DNA of 64,000 bases, taken from contig NW_019091357.1 of the NCBI RefSeq assembly GCF_001949145.1, forward strand, positions 1,576,746 through 1,640,745, written 5' to 3'. Below the pieces are notes generated by a model. It was not told the origin of the DNA and did not search any database. It was given only the letters and a program-made list of their open reading frames with translations. This document shows positions 13,101 to 26,900 of this stretch, one piece after another. The position numbers and the translations under genes were made by a program. The DNA comes from Acanthaster planci. Its lineage: Eukaryota. Within the stretch, counting starts at the first letter, position 1. Each line of letters opens with the position of its first letter.

Positions 13101-16100
13101 AACACCGATTATGTAGCGAAATCGATGTCTGCTTAGGGTTTCAGCATTTATGTTTTCATACAAGATACTTTTCCAGTTATCCCACTAATATTTCAGAGGT
13201 TCAAGAGGTATACTTGCTGTCTCCTGCATTTCTACTGAAAAGAAATCCCGCAGAAGAAGTATTTTTGTTCACTTTTGCAGAATACCTTGTTTAGTTTTGG
13301 TCATCGGATTTCTGAATTGTATTTATCGACGAAAAAAGAAAGAAACAAACCAGCTTAACAAAAATCGCCGTAATTCTTTAACTGTGAAGCAAATGAGTTG
13401 AATGTCAGTTTTAGGGGCTGACACAGGAAATAGCGTTTTTAAAAAAAGATTAAGAATTTTCATTTCACTTTTCAAATAAACTATAATGGAAAAGTGGAAA
13501 ACAGATTTAGACAAAATAAAGAGAGATCCAACTTTACCATATAACTGTGTTTAGAACGACACTTCTGGACACCTATCGGAACACTTCAATAGCATTTAGC
13601 AAACAATAACATAAACAGCTCAGTATTCAACGAACTCATTTGCATACAGGTGTTCGGCGCGTGCCGGTCCCACTTACTTCACCGGGACTACTTTTCTTTT
13701 GTAGTCGGGAAAACAGCCAAATGACACACGGGTAGCGCTGTCAGTCAAGATTCGGCAGAGGTGTATTAGCATAATCGAGGTGTCGTTGACCTGAGCGTGA
13801 AAGTTTAATGTTTGATTTCGCTTTGTTTTGATAATTACTACGACAAGGTTTTTTTTCTTGGGGGGGGGGTCGTCACACAGTTGTCAAACCCTCCAGGGAC
13901 AGAGGGGGTGTTTGTGGAACCGAATGTGACACGTGCAGGACAACAATCGGGTTGTCTTGTGGTCAAGTATGGCAAAGTCTGGCCTCGATTGGGAATTCTT
14001 CTGTGCACTGTTGTAAACATAAATCATGTCCGTTCCATGATGATCCAACAAAAAGACTGATTTTAGTTTGATTTATACAGTAACGGGCCTACATCTTTAC
14101 ACGTCTCCTTTCCTGGCACATCATTACCGTCAGCGATTCTAGTCTCCTTTATTACTTGTAGGACACCTCGACATTTTCATTTTTTTTTATCATCTACGGC
14201 CTCAGGGATTCTCCTTTTATTGCAAGGTTGAAAAATTGGGAAGTCCTTTTGTGGAGGACGTTGCCAGAAATGGGGAATTCTAACCACTTTTTACAGTAGA
14301 GAAATACATAATGTTATACGGGAACAGGGTCTTGCAATTCAAGGATTGCCCGTCAGCTTGAAAGAACGAGCATAGGCTCATCCTAGACCTCTAAAGAAAC
14401 TGATACCAATGGACAGATTTTCTGTTCATTATGCTCCCGTCGGTGAATTATGGAAGCTTATGAGATTTTCCCTCTTGTATCGGTGTTTCAAGGCCTGACA
14501 ACATCTCCAATTCCGACAGCATTAAATAATTTCTTAGTTCGTTCCTCAAACATTTACTTGCGACCCCGTCGCTGGCTCTGTCATGTACAAGCTTTATGTT
14601 GAACTCACCTGTACTTTTTGTGGCATTTGATCTGTCAGCATCCTTCGGGGCAAACCAGGAGAGATTCTCCCGACACTGCTGCAACAATTCCAACAGTGAC
14701 GGACTCGGTTTCCCAGTCGGCCGGCGGCCATTTTCTCCTACCATTCAGGTGTGTGATCAACGTGACCGTCAAAAACTTTCTTGTTGACAGCGCGGCAGGT
14801 ATGCGCGAGCCGAACAATGGCAAACAAAGGAAAGATCGCCATTGGTGGAACGCACCTGTCGGCTCTTTAAAAAACCGTCTGAAAAGAATTTAATTCTCCA
14901 CTTTTTGCGCAACAAGGAATTCGCGCCTTTTTCACCTGAGTAGCATTGTATTTTCTTAGCTTGAACACATGCCCCGTGCCGAAGTGGATATAGCCTACGT
15001 GTTAAAAATGTAATATTTTGTGAAGACAGTCCTGTAGAAGCTTGTGGTGTTAAAATGTGCCAAATATTTTCTTATCTTTTGAACAAGGAGATGGGAATCG
15101 ATAGTGCATTACTTTACAACAAAAAAGAAATTGGGAAAGCTTTGTATTTCCTTTCGGTTCCAATTTGGGTTAAATTTTGTAAAACAACTTCCAATCCTAC
15201 CGGTGTGCACATCTAAATCACAATCGGTATGGTAGAGTGGCCTTCATATTTGCCAACCTTTGGGAGAAATTAAAATAAACTGGAGAAAATAATTGTTTTG
15301 ATGTTGATTTCCTATTCCGAACCACCTTCTTTTAGACAACAGCATAAGGGGGGGGGAGTGCGAACAGTGGCAGTTTGGAACGGAATGGACACTTTAAAAG
15401 AATCATCAGAGCGCTGATGGAAGCAATCTTAGAACGCTTAAAATTGTTTAAGCAGGACGGCATTCTATTTTTCCTCGGGCAAGCAAAGTTCTAGTTACGC
15501 ACCTGCTATTCGAACTTAACCAAATTGTGGCAGATTGGACTTAGGCATGCAGCGTGCCACAAACCTCATTCAAATACAAAGGAAATTGAAGACTGTATTC
15601 CATTCACGTTTTACCTTCCATGATATATGAATTCCGCGAACTTGACTCATGGTACCAGTTGTGGTACAAAAGTGAACACAAGCCACATCATTCCCAAGCC
15701 ACGACAAAATAAAAGCACGGCCTTGACGCTGGCGCATTATGACTCATGTTTTATCCCGCTATGTTGAATCACACCGAACAAGTACATTGTCACCGCATTA
15801 AGAATGCCTGAATGGAAATGAATGGGTGAGTAGTGCAGGTCCAAGTGCAAGGCAGTGATTGGCCAACAACAAAGCTCTTTGGAGCATCAGCAATGCGATT
15901 TGTGGCAGTGTGATTCGTGGAAGACTTCTACGAAGCCAAGCACTTTCTTTGCGTAGGGCGCCTCGTGTGTTCACAACTTGAAGGAAACCGCGCGGTATTG
16001 GAGAGGAAGAGGGCGCTATTCGTCAAACAGGAGTGTGCGGGTTCGGGGGGGGGGACTTTTTGTTCCGAAAGTTTAACCGACTCCGACGTACAGAAGGTAC

Positions 16101-16718
16101 AGAAGGAAGGCACACTGTACTTATATTCACAATTTGTGGTCAAGGTTCACTGAAGCTGGAAAGTCAAGAGCAGAAGCCAAATAAAGTCAAGGACAAGAAA
16201 ATATAGAAGACTGTAATCGTTTTATTCAATAAAGCTAAATTGGAAGATTTCTTTCAACACTACTGTTTGGCGACAGATGATGGTAGACGACGATCTTAAG
16301 TTTACGCATGAAACTGTTATTTCTTCTTTGTAATACTATTTTCCCAATATCTACGACAACCTGGCAAAATGAGTCTTAAGTCACTTGGCATAGTGAACAA
16401 TAACATGTCCTTAATTCATTAATTACAATATTTGCTACAAGGAGTGTTCATTGAAACAAATTAAGTGTGGAGCTCCGACGATTTCATCTTTAAAATAAAT
16501 CTCACGAATTCGAAAATGACTTCAAGACTCACTTTGCGGATTTAGTCACATATTTGGTTTGAAATTTTGTAATGGAAGATATTGCTACTACAACCAACTA
16601 CTTGTACGGAAAAGAATTTAATGATGTCATCGTCAAAGTAGATTGATTGTGCCGGCCTTTTGAGCCACAACACTGTAAATAAACTGACGATGCCTCGACG
16701 GGCCAATTTCTCTTGGGG

Positions 16719-16778
16719 TTTCAAGAAGCACTTATGAATAGAAACTTTCAAGAAGCACTTATGCATAGAAACTTTCAA
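16719..16778. repeat. 27-bp tandem duplication
   Basis: tttcaagaagcacttatgaatagaaac / tttcaagaagcacttatgcatagaaac / tttcaa. Confidence 0.85.
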
Positions 16779-19519
16779 TTACACTGAACCTATTTCACCG
16801 TTCAGAGACTTAATAAACTTGGGAAAATTGTTAAGATTTCAAAAAATGTACCTATCATGTAGTAAAACTGCGCCCCTAGAAGTTACAAATGAAACGGTTC
16901 AAAAATAAACTTCGTTAAGACTCGAAGCATCTGTTTTGATATTACCAAGAATGAAAATTCTTCCGAGCTAGGCGAGTTCTCGGTATTATGGGGGAATTTA
17001 GGGGCTGTAGGCTTCAAAATGATGACGTGTTTTTGTCAATCACCCTCCAAACTGGGACACATCGGGCTACAAGTGTGACCAAATGAAGACAAGTCATCGC
17101 ACAATTTGAAAACCAATCGAGGAATGACTGAGGTAGATCGACACAGATTTGGAATTGTTTTTGTGGTGCAGATTATAAGCTTTCAGCTCCAGTGTCGTAG
17201 CATTGTGTCGAAACTCAAACAGCCTAGTGGCGCTTTATACAGCAACTAATGCGGCAAGCAGTCTAAAGGATTATTCGAGAACTTCAACAACCCGAGGGGC
17301 ATACTCCCAGTGCTTCCATTCACAGCATTAGCAAACACAAGACAATTGAGATCGTCCTGTTGGCTAGTTTCCCAAACTCTGCTCAACACCGACAATTTTC
17401 AAAGCACGTCAAATGCCACTGACAAACCAAAATGCCTTTGCACTACATAAACTTCTTGCGATTGGTTTCCGGCTGACTTGTGCTTCGCACATGAATGCGA
17501 TGAGCGACTCTGCGACAAGGACGGAACCAGAGAGAAAAGCAAAGTGTCGGGGAAGGGGGGAAACGTTGGAACTGTGTTCATCATGGAGAAACAAAATGGA
17601 GAATCTTTTCGAAAATCCATTTCATAACTCCTTCAAAGAAGAGTGTCTCTCTCATAAGCGCCTTTTAAACAAATCCTTTAAGTTTCAGAAGAGCAATGAA
17701 TTTCATACACACTTTCAAAACACAAAGTTGAACCCAAACTTGCACAAAATATTTACAAATTATTCAAATCTTCGAAGCATAAAACTGGGTGACTTTTGTA
17801 TAATTATCCACTGACAAAAACAAGAGAAAGAGAAAAAGGTTTCCTTGACTGTGGTAAACCCTGCATGCAGATAAGAACAACAAAAGTCCTCGGTGAGGTG
17901 TAAAAATCAAGGTGCTTTCTTGGAAAAAAATCTCCCCACAAAAATCAAGACCTTCTTGCCTTCAGTTTCAGGTTTCTATTTGTTAAGCAAGTACGGAGCA
18001 AAAGCAGATTTCATCTTAATAAAAGAAACCGTGCTTTGCCAGGAGCATTTTTTTCTGATGTTGGCTTAGTGCCTCACAAAGATGATTAAGAAGTTACAAT
18101 GGAGGACAGGCAAACAATTTGAGGACCTTGGGCCAACAATCTGAGGACCCTGGGGACCAGGCAGGTCTAATATCGCCTCTCAATACTCTGCGACTTATAA
18201 AGACTTATAAAGAACTGGTCTCAAGCATACCCTCTAAGGGTATGCTTGAAGTAAAATGTGGAAGGTCCATTTGACCCATTAAATGTCAGCACTTGAAGAG
18301 GATCTTCTCATCTCTTACAGCATGACAACTATGACATTTTGCCCATTTAACATGTGATTCATAAGATAACTACGACCATTCTTACAAAAATGAATTAACC
18401 CACATATCTACAGGTAGAATTGCTTTCCTTGTATGCTTGGAAGTTCTTTCCTCTTTCAAAAATTCAAATCTTGTCCATTACCTTGAAAAACAATTTGCTA
18501 TTTTCAAGGACATCTTTCGCACTCCATAATGCTAAAAAAAGCTCTGAACTGTGAAATTTTATATGGAAAAGACTGTTCTCTTGTCATATCTTCAATCCAT
18601 GCATATTTCGACGTTAAATCCTTAAAACTGATAATTTTAAGCTTTTGAACAGCAAACCTGACCTCTCCCACAAGAGGTCAAAACTTCCTACAATAATTTA
18701 CTTTTAAAAATTCTGAGTGAATATACCTTTCAAAAAAACAAAAACAAAAAAATTCAGACATTCATCTAGCTTTTCTAGCCGTTTTTTTTTACCTTACTTA
18801 CTCAAGACACCTGTTCACATGTAATTGCTATAGTATCTTATAGATGGAAGTATACAGGCTACTATCAAGTATCAACTATTCAATTCGAAAAAATATTTTT
18901 ATATCTACACTTTGCATCTATTCTGATAGAGTTCTAGTTATCCACATAAACATTCAATACCTTTTAAAGTAAGTTTTTAGGATAGATTTATACAAAATTC
19001 TGACGCCCTACTTGTACATGATTTCTTCAAGTGTGAAAAAAATTCTACCGTACAAAAAATAACAAAAAATAAAGTTTCTATTTAACCAATAATTAAGATC
19101 ATACAAAAGTTACAAAGCAAAACGAATCTCCGGGACTTTGGAAAAATAGTTCTCACATACTATGCAACAACAGAGATTACTATCTCAGATGAAGACTTTT
19201 TAACAAACAACATTACCAATTTTTCTTTTGAATCATTCAGTGATTTTCTACATTGAAACCTTTGACAAAGAACACAAGTTCTGCATGTACATAATGAGCA
19301 CTTCCGAAACTCTCCCTCTTCAAGAACCTGTATTATATGTATTTGAATTGGTACAACAAACAACTGGAAGAACTTTAAGGGGCTTGGGAAAAAGGGAAAA
19401 CACTTTCCCAACCCAGACTTCCCCTGAGCTACAGCCCAAATTGGATTCCAACTTGGGTGGGATTTTCCTTTTGAACTAAGCCACGATCACATCATATTTG
19501 TAAAGTGGGTTTAAAACCA

Positions 19520-19800
19520 AGTCTGGTCCGAGCCAGTTTGGCTCATAAGGCCAGTGTTTATCTCTGGTTTCCTTGGCATGAAACGACTGACAATATTTCT
19601 ATTCCCCCTGGATGGGATGCCAGTCCATCGCAGGTTGCTTCCCCAGCTAATGTTGGTATCCATTTATACTCCTGGGTGGAGAGAGGCAAGCAGGGGTGAA
19701 GAGGCTTGCCAAGACCATACCATACTGCCAGCAGCTGGATTCGAACCTCCTACCCTATGATTGGAAGTCACAAACCCTAACCACTTGGCCACATGCGCCC
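19520..19800 (-). mobile_element. tRNA-headed SINE with a central domain shared among metazoan SINEs
   Basis: Minus strand: A box TGGCCAAGTGG, B box GGTTCGAATCC, then gcctctctccacccaggagtataaatggatacc and ctgcgatggactggcatcccatccaggggg, motifs recalled from widespread aquatic-animal SINE2 families. Exact superfamily not verified. Confidence 0.85.
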
Positions 19801-20906
19801 CGCAAAATTGGGTTTGAACTACTGTTTAATTAAATGACAGACTGCAACGTGTAATAATTTGAAAAACATGAAAGGTGTTTCACCTGAATGACTATTTCCC
19901 TCAGAAAGGATCCCTGCCAGAAAGTATATCGCAGAAAAAAACAAGGCCAACCAGCCCCCCCCCAAAAAGAGCACCACTTCTACCTAAAACGTTGGCCTTT
20001 CAGTCCTCCATTCTCCAACAGGTGAAGGATGAGGAACTGAAACAATCCACAATAACACAGTCTCATGAGAGTCTACTTACCCCAAGCATGGCTGGAATGC
20101 TGCCAGATCGTTACATACCTAATCAATATGCTGATATTCTTAAGATCATACATGTATGGTACACCATTATGTGACGGCCTCGAGTGAAGTCGTAAAACAA
20201 GACAAAGGTAAGACTATTTTGTTCCTTGGCTCGTAAAAAAATACCGATGCATTAATGGGCAACAGTTGGTTTAGATAAGTTACATATCAAAGGATTTAGG
20301 GAGAGTCTCTAAGCTTGGAGTGTCGGTGTACCACAGAAGGCACCTCGTGGAACCCTGACTGTTTTCCAGTAGGAATGAGCGATATTTCCTTCAGGTTAAT
20401 CCTGCATTAACCAGGCAAATGTTCCCACTGCAGGACAAGCTTTCTTTACGTTTTCAAAACGGGACGTGTTCCCACTGCAGCCCATCGCCAATTCCAAGCA
20501 CCTGAGACATCCTTAGAGATTTTCCATGTCAGTATGGGAAACCATTTTTCACAGGCGGGAAAGTTCCTTACCAAATTCTGGTTCACATGAAACTAATTAG
20601 CTACGGAATCACTGAAATCAATTACACAAATTTTGATCAAAGATTTCCAACAGTAATCAGTCATTACAGCGATGACTGGTATCAAGGTTATAAATAAATC
20701 GAAATTAAAAAAGTCTGCATCTCTTACCTACAGAAATGTTCCCAGAACCAAAACGCACAAATCGTTCTCTTGGCCGATCCTATGTAACCTGGCTAACAAA
20801 ACAACCGGACCACTGTTCTGCCATTAAGATTTCCAAGAAAGATAGGTCCTGCCAGGAGGATTGTGTGCAAGATATGACCGGGGGAAGGGTCGTGTCAAAG
20901 GTTAAC

Positions 20907-20970
20907 TCAGGTGAGCAGGGCCCTAGTTGAGCATGGTGTGGTCTCGTCGTTGAAGTGTTTGCTGTTGTAC
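20907..20970 (-). CDS. FAM49: FAM49/CYRI last coding exon ([20 protein letters not shown])
   Basis: Acceptor cctgcag; TGA stop; matches the family C-terminus KHLNDE. Confidence 0.95.
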
Positions 20971-23900
20971 CTGCAGGAAGAGATTTGAGGAGGTTGATCA
21001 GAGGAGGTAAACTTGACAAACGTAACATGACACTGATTCCAAAAGTAGTGTTTTTGAATCCATGATACTCTAAGGATGAATTTAGCTATGAGCATGTACC
21101 TGAGGGTACAGAAAGAGGTGATATCAGGGGCAGGAAGAGGAACATAAGACCCTAAAATGGGAGAAATGGGGGCACAGGGGAGCACACACCGCTCTGTCTG
21201 CTCCAAGCCCTTGGATGCCCTGAAATACCTCATAGCTCTGGGTGCTCAACAGCACATCCAGATAAGTTAAGTTACTGTCCAGTCTCAAGTCAAGTTACTG
21301 TCTAGTCTCAAGTCAAGTTACTGTCTAGTCTCAAGTCAAGTTACTGTCCAGTCTCAAGTCAAGTTACCGTCCAGTCTCAAGTCAAGTTACTGTCCAGTCT
21401 CAAGTCAAGTTACTGTCCAGTCTCAAGTCAAGTTACTGTCCAGTCTCAAGTCAAGTTACTGTCAAGTCTCAAGTCAAGATACTGTCAAGTCTCAAGTCAA
21501 GTTACTGTCCAGCCTCAAGTTAAGTGCCAGGCAATAACAAATGAACTGTGGTAATGCCAAGGCCCTTTCAATTAACTGCTGTTGTTCATTCTCTGTGTGC
21601 CTTAACTTGCGACCCGACCTGTGGTTTGACTTTCCATTCCATGTACGACTGATAATGTTACATCTCCTCCAAATCCAAAAGCCACGTCCACAATGCCACC
21701 TGCAATCTCTGACATCTACAATGGTGCACTTTGCATGAGCCACCAAAGTAACCCAAGACATCAACTCTGTCCGTGTCTTACCTCAGTGCATTCATCAAAG
21801 ACTCCAACTCATTCGGACTCTGGTCTTTTAGCACTTTTATGCAACTTTTCACCTGTCAAATTAAAAAAAAGGAAGAAAGTCAGACTCAGACAAATGTTAC
21901 TTCAACCCCGCAATAAAACTGTGCCAATGAATTCCATGCTCCACAAGTAAACTATTGCAACCCTGCCAAACTCGTCAACAAACAGGATATGAGTGCGTCA
22001 TGAAGCCACAGCAATCGTTGCACTATAACTCTGCCACTAAGTCCTGCCGCTCACTTCCCCCGATAAGAAAGGAGAGAAGACCAAAATAACTTACGTCTAT
22101 GCTTGACTTCTTGTCGAAGGCGCCTACTGGATGGACATGATCATACAGAATGATGAGGCCGACCATGATACGCATGCAGAAGAGAGCGGTGTCTTCGTTT
22201 TGGAATTTGCAGTAGTGCTCGCTGGAGAGAGGGAAAAAGAGAGAAAACAGAAGACACAGGCTCTCTGATTAGCTGGGAGATAGCCTGGGTAGAGCTGGAG
22301 AGCTCTGTTGGTGAAGCAGTGGTGCGGGAAAACAGAGAAGGTAATTTCAGCTTCCAGTTCCTTGGAGGAAGTATCACGGAACAGGACTAGGGGGGAAACC
22401 CCGGTGACTGGGCACTGTGGACACAACTGGAAAACCCATCCTCCAAGGAAGGGAAATTGACGCACAAAGGGCAACAAGTGAAACGTGAGGAAACTTGGCG
22501 TTAGTGACCAACGGAAACTGAAAATAAGGAAAGGACACTTATTTTGGCCTCCTAAAGCAAAACAGCTTTGCACTCTCAACCAGGTAGCAAATAAACCTAC
22601 TTACTTAATGATAGATCTAAACAGCATGATAAGTGATACCGTATTCTGTGAAGTCCTTGTGAAAATGAAAGGAAATAAATTACTTGTAACTGCCAAGTAC
22701 TTCTCTGCCACAAACTTTTTCACAATCGCCTTTGATGACTGGATATAACAAATTGAGTCTTGAGGCTAAGTTTCAATTATCTCCTTTACTGTCGGCATTA
22801 GGAAGAGCAAAGTGGGTTCTCCGTTGTGAGATATTCCTCAGTTTGACATCCACAGGAAATGGGCATTACACGGGTGAAAAATGTTCAGGGTTCCTAATGA
22901 CTAGCCCTGTGTAAGATTTTGCAAAAACGGCCTTTTTTGTCACAAAGATGGTTCTAGCATCTTGTGACTCATTTTGTCAGAGTGGGTCACATTTGTACTC
23001 TGTGCGGATTGTTTGCACGAGAGCTGAAACTCGGTCAAGTGCAATTTGCATAGTTTTTCACTCGAGGCTGGATTGCAAACAAGAGTAGTCAAGGGCACAC
23101 AAATGGTGTCGGTATCAATCATGGTCCTGCCCAGGGAAGTTATGAAGGGACAAAACAATGTATACATGCTGTATGTGAATCAGCTGTGACAGGCTGAATG
23201 CCTTCAAATGCCTCTCCCATCAGGGAGCCAAACGTTGCACTTATCAGCCCACAACTCAGCTCACCTGTCCACATCAGCTGACCAGGGGTACCAGGTAAAA
23301 CCGGTCCAGAGATCTCTCATATGCGAGGATTGCGATGTGGGGTAGATTTCCACCGTTAGGAAAATTACTCCCTTCCCCCATCCTACGCCCCCCACTCCTT
23401 CCTGCTCGAGTTTGAGGACCAGTTTGGGCTATTTAAACAACTTGCTTTTAACCACTTTGCACCGGGCCCATGTATCCATGTTGATTCTACTGGGCCGGGT
23501 GACTTTTCATTTTTTCCTGTTTTCAAACTTCTTTAAAAATTCCTAACTTCACTTACTGGACGCTTACACCCACATGAATGGCTCTCTGGTGGCTACTCTA
23601 ATCTGACAGACAACATCTATTGACGCCCAAGTATTTCAGCCAGACCTGCCGCCTTGTGAAAAGGGTCCAGATTGTGCGATGTTACGTAATTTTCTTTTGT
23701 TCCCAAAACAGGCACAGTGCGCTGCTGACGTCTTTTCAACAGGGGTCAGACTAGCGTGCAGTGGTATTACATCGCTCATGCCTGGATCACTTTTGTCCCC
23801 GGTGGTAATCCGCTCGTGCTGAATGCCACAAACAGTGGTATAATCTTTCAAAACAGTGATGGATTTCCTCCCCTAATGACAACTGAAAAAATGTTGGCGA

Positions 23901-26900
23901 TTCCCAGCAGCTCCGTCTTTTGTTCAGAGTACGGTCTTTTGTTACAAGGCCCAGCTCTTTTGTCCAGCTTCGGGCTCCCCAGCTTCGTGTATAAAGCCTG
24001 TGTCTTCAAAACTAGATACCCCGGCACAAAGTGGTAAAGAATTCTCAGCCTGACGTCCATCAAAATTTGACAACATGCTTACCTCTTAGCTATCATGAGC
24101 TTGCATACGGAGACCATCGTGCTCAGCACATCGGTCGTGTTCTCAACAGGAACCTGCTTGCACTGCAGGAAGAGATGGAAGGAAATGTCTTGATATCTAC
24201 ATATTGCTGGACATCTTGTCAGTATTTGACCAACATACAGGTGATGACCTACACCAGCTGACACAAAGAATGAAAGTGGGGTATAATGGGCGGCACAGGT
24301 GGCTAGTGTGTAAGGTACCCGCCCCTCACCACTCTGGCCTAGGTTCGAATCCTGGCTCAATCCATCAGTGAGCAAAGCTGTTCCCTAATTCCTTCCTGTT
24401 CCATGATGGGTTCTTCCCTCTAAAATCTCTGGTTTTCTTCCTTCGGCAAAAATAAACACTTTCAATCTCTAGCTGTGCTCTGTAGTCAAATATGGGTCGT
24501 ATAACGGCTGTCTGAGGTGCCTTTGAATGCCTACGGCTTGACCACAATGTGGCTACACTTCCAACTTCAGCTCTGAGGCTACAAGTAATGATGACCGGCA
24601 CTCTGAATTAAAAGGTAACCCCCCAAGCAAAAAATGACTTTATTATATAAGAATGCTAGCAGGAGCAACCTGGTCACGGCTAGGTCGTGGTTAAGTATAA
24701 AACGGCCCGAACAGACGGATGAAGCAAGCTTACCTCAGTGACAAACTTAGTGGTCGAGTCGCTCAGGATTTTGAGCATCGGGCAAGCTTCGGCCAGAAAC
24801 AAGGACATTCTGTTTGCCATCTCGTTGTTGACGGCATAGGTGCGGTTTTGGCCTTGGTCCTGATGAGATGAAAGGAGATAAAAGAGCATGGTTTTGAAAT
24901 TTGATGCTGGCTAGATGCAACATCTTCGGGTAAACAGTACTAAGTCCAATGGACTAGTCAACAACCACAGTGGGCACGCGTCTCTTTCATATGAAGAAAA
25001 TTGTGCTTGATGAGAATGTTAAGATTTCTCATGAAAAAATCTGCTCCTCATTTACCTCTTAGAAGCAGAACTGAAGTCCACATTTTTTGGGAGGGGGGGG
25101 GAAATTTGGTCACAATTACATTGCAAGGAATCATCAAGTATGACGTGCCAACTGCGCAATGTGATTTGTTTTTTTAAAAAATGCGCAGGGCATCCAAAAA
25201 CTTGACCGAACCTGTTATAGTTATTGTTTTGGTTGTTTGACTAGTCTAACACTTTGTTACATTACAAACTTGGGGGGGGGGTTTGGGGGAAGCTCACCGA
25301 GTCCTGCATCTTGATTCGACTTAGCGTCCTCCGGTAATAACTGAAGTCATTCTGAATTGATGGATTGGTCATCTGTATTGAAACACAAAAAGTTTAAGGG
25401 GAAAACTGCTTCAGGATGAATAAGAGAAACTCCTGATTGATCAACTTTCCAATGAGTAGATTTTTAAAGCTTGACCTATTTGGATAAATTACATGATTTC
25501 ACAACTAGCAGGCCCAATGTCACTTGCCCAATGTCAAACTACTCATGTTTCACCCCGACCAGTTTTTGAAGCTTCCGCCCATAAACACGCCTTTGTTTTT
25601 AACTGGCCACAGAAGCCAACTCTTAGAACCTTCGCATGTGTGATGACTCAATCAGGCCACTGAAGTGAATGAGACACTGGTGAGGGTCTTGGTGCCAGAG
25701 ACAGAGCCGGCCCTAAGGGCAAGCCCAAGTAAAGGCAACAGTCTGGTACCACTTGGACAAGAGCTCCAGACAAAACCTGGCCAGTCGTTCCTCCAGGCCA
25801 CAGCCACCGTTGGACTACCGCATTGCATTATTAGAGAATGCTGAGCATCTCTAAGGGGATGAAAATCGCTCCTTTCCCATGGCTGCAGCTTTTGCAATTC
25901 ACATCAAGCCATTCATCAAATTGTCCTCTGAGGGGAATTTCAACGACCTGCAGACTATTTTGAAACACCCTGTTGTGCAACGTTTTTGGCTACAAACACA
26001 AAAAAAGACAGTGACTTGCATGCCTTTTAAAAAATTTTGGCAAATACGGCCAGTCAACTTTAAGCCTGAAGATAAGCCTGAGCCTGAAGATAAGCCTGAG
26101 CCTGAGCCTGAAGATAAGCCTGAGCCTGAGCCTGAGATGACCTTCAATCAAAGTTTGTGTAGTTGTTGGCACTCAAATAATTAACAGATGGGCGCAAGGT
26201 GCAATCAGCCACCGGTTAAGTGATCATTCTTTGTCAATTTGTTCCCACTTGACTATTGACAAACTCCACTCACCTTAAGGTCGTCAAACTTGAGGGTGAA
26301 ATGGAGGATTCTGGCAAACTGCTTAGCCAAAGCCTGGTGCCTGTCTAGGTGTTCAGCTGGTTTCATGTCCACATCGGCACATAACGCTTGCAGTAACGGC
26401 CTCAAAGCTTTCTCTACATTGAGGTAAAAACAAAAATGACGACAAATCATTCATTTTTCTGTTCTGATGCAGATTAAGTAACTCACGGTCCACGTTCAAT
26501 TCCGCACACGGCGAGGTCAGTAAGCGTGTACAAGGAGCAGTACCCGTAACTGCCTGTTAACTTCAGTTTCAACTTACCCCTTTCTGGATGCACATTGAAG
26601 GTATTTGCACTCGTAAGCAAGATGTAATAGGTTCGAATTCCATCAAACCAAACCTTTTTTGTTTCCCCCTCATTTGTTTATGTATGGCATATACCCAGTC
26701 AACAGTGACGACAACATCTCATCACTGATGGGCAAAACTCTTGCTTCCAAAACGCAGGCAGTAATAACTAACGACTGTCGTCATTTCTGGTAGTTTTTAG
26801 TTGGCTGTCTTTCTTGTTCTGACTTACCAATTTTCTGTGAGTACTCAAAGTATCTCTTGAGCCGTGCTACCAAAGGACAGACGTCAGCCCAGGCCTTCTG

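Noticed and set aside
14448..14893. Overlapping 60-98 aa ORFs as a small gene
   Set aside because: No recognisable domain or consistent splice partners; GC-rich patch more likely regulatory.
21264..21525. CRISPR-like array
   Set aside because: Units are contiguous with no unique spacers, there are no cas genes, and it lies in a eukaryotic intron.
25879..26184. ORFs with PEDKPEPE / SGSGLSSG repeats
   Set aside because: Translations of an intronic 6-bp compound repeat; no splice or homology support.
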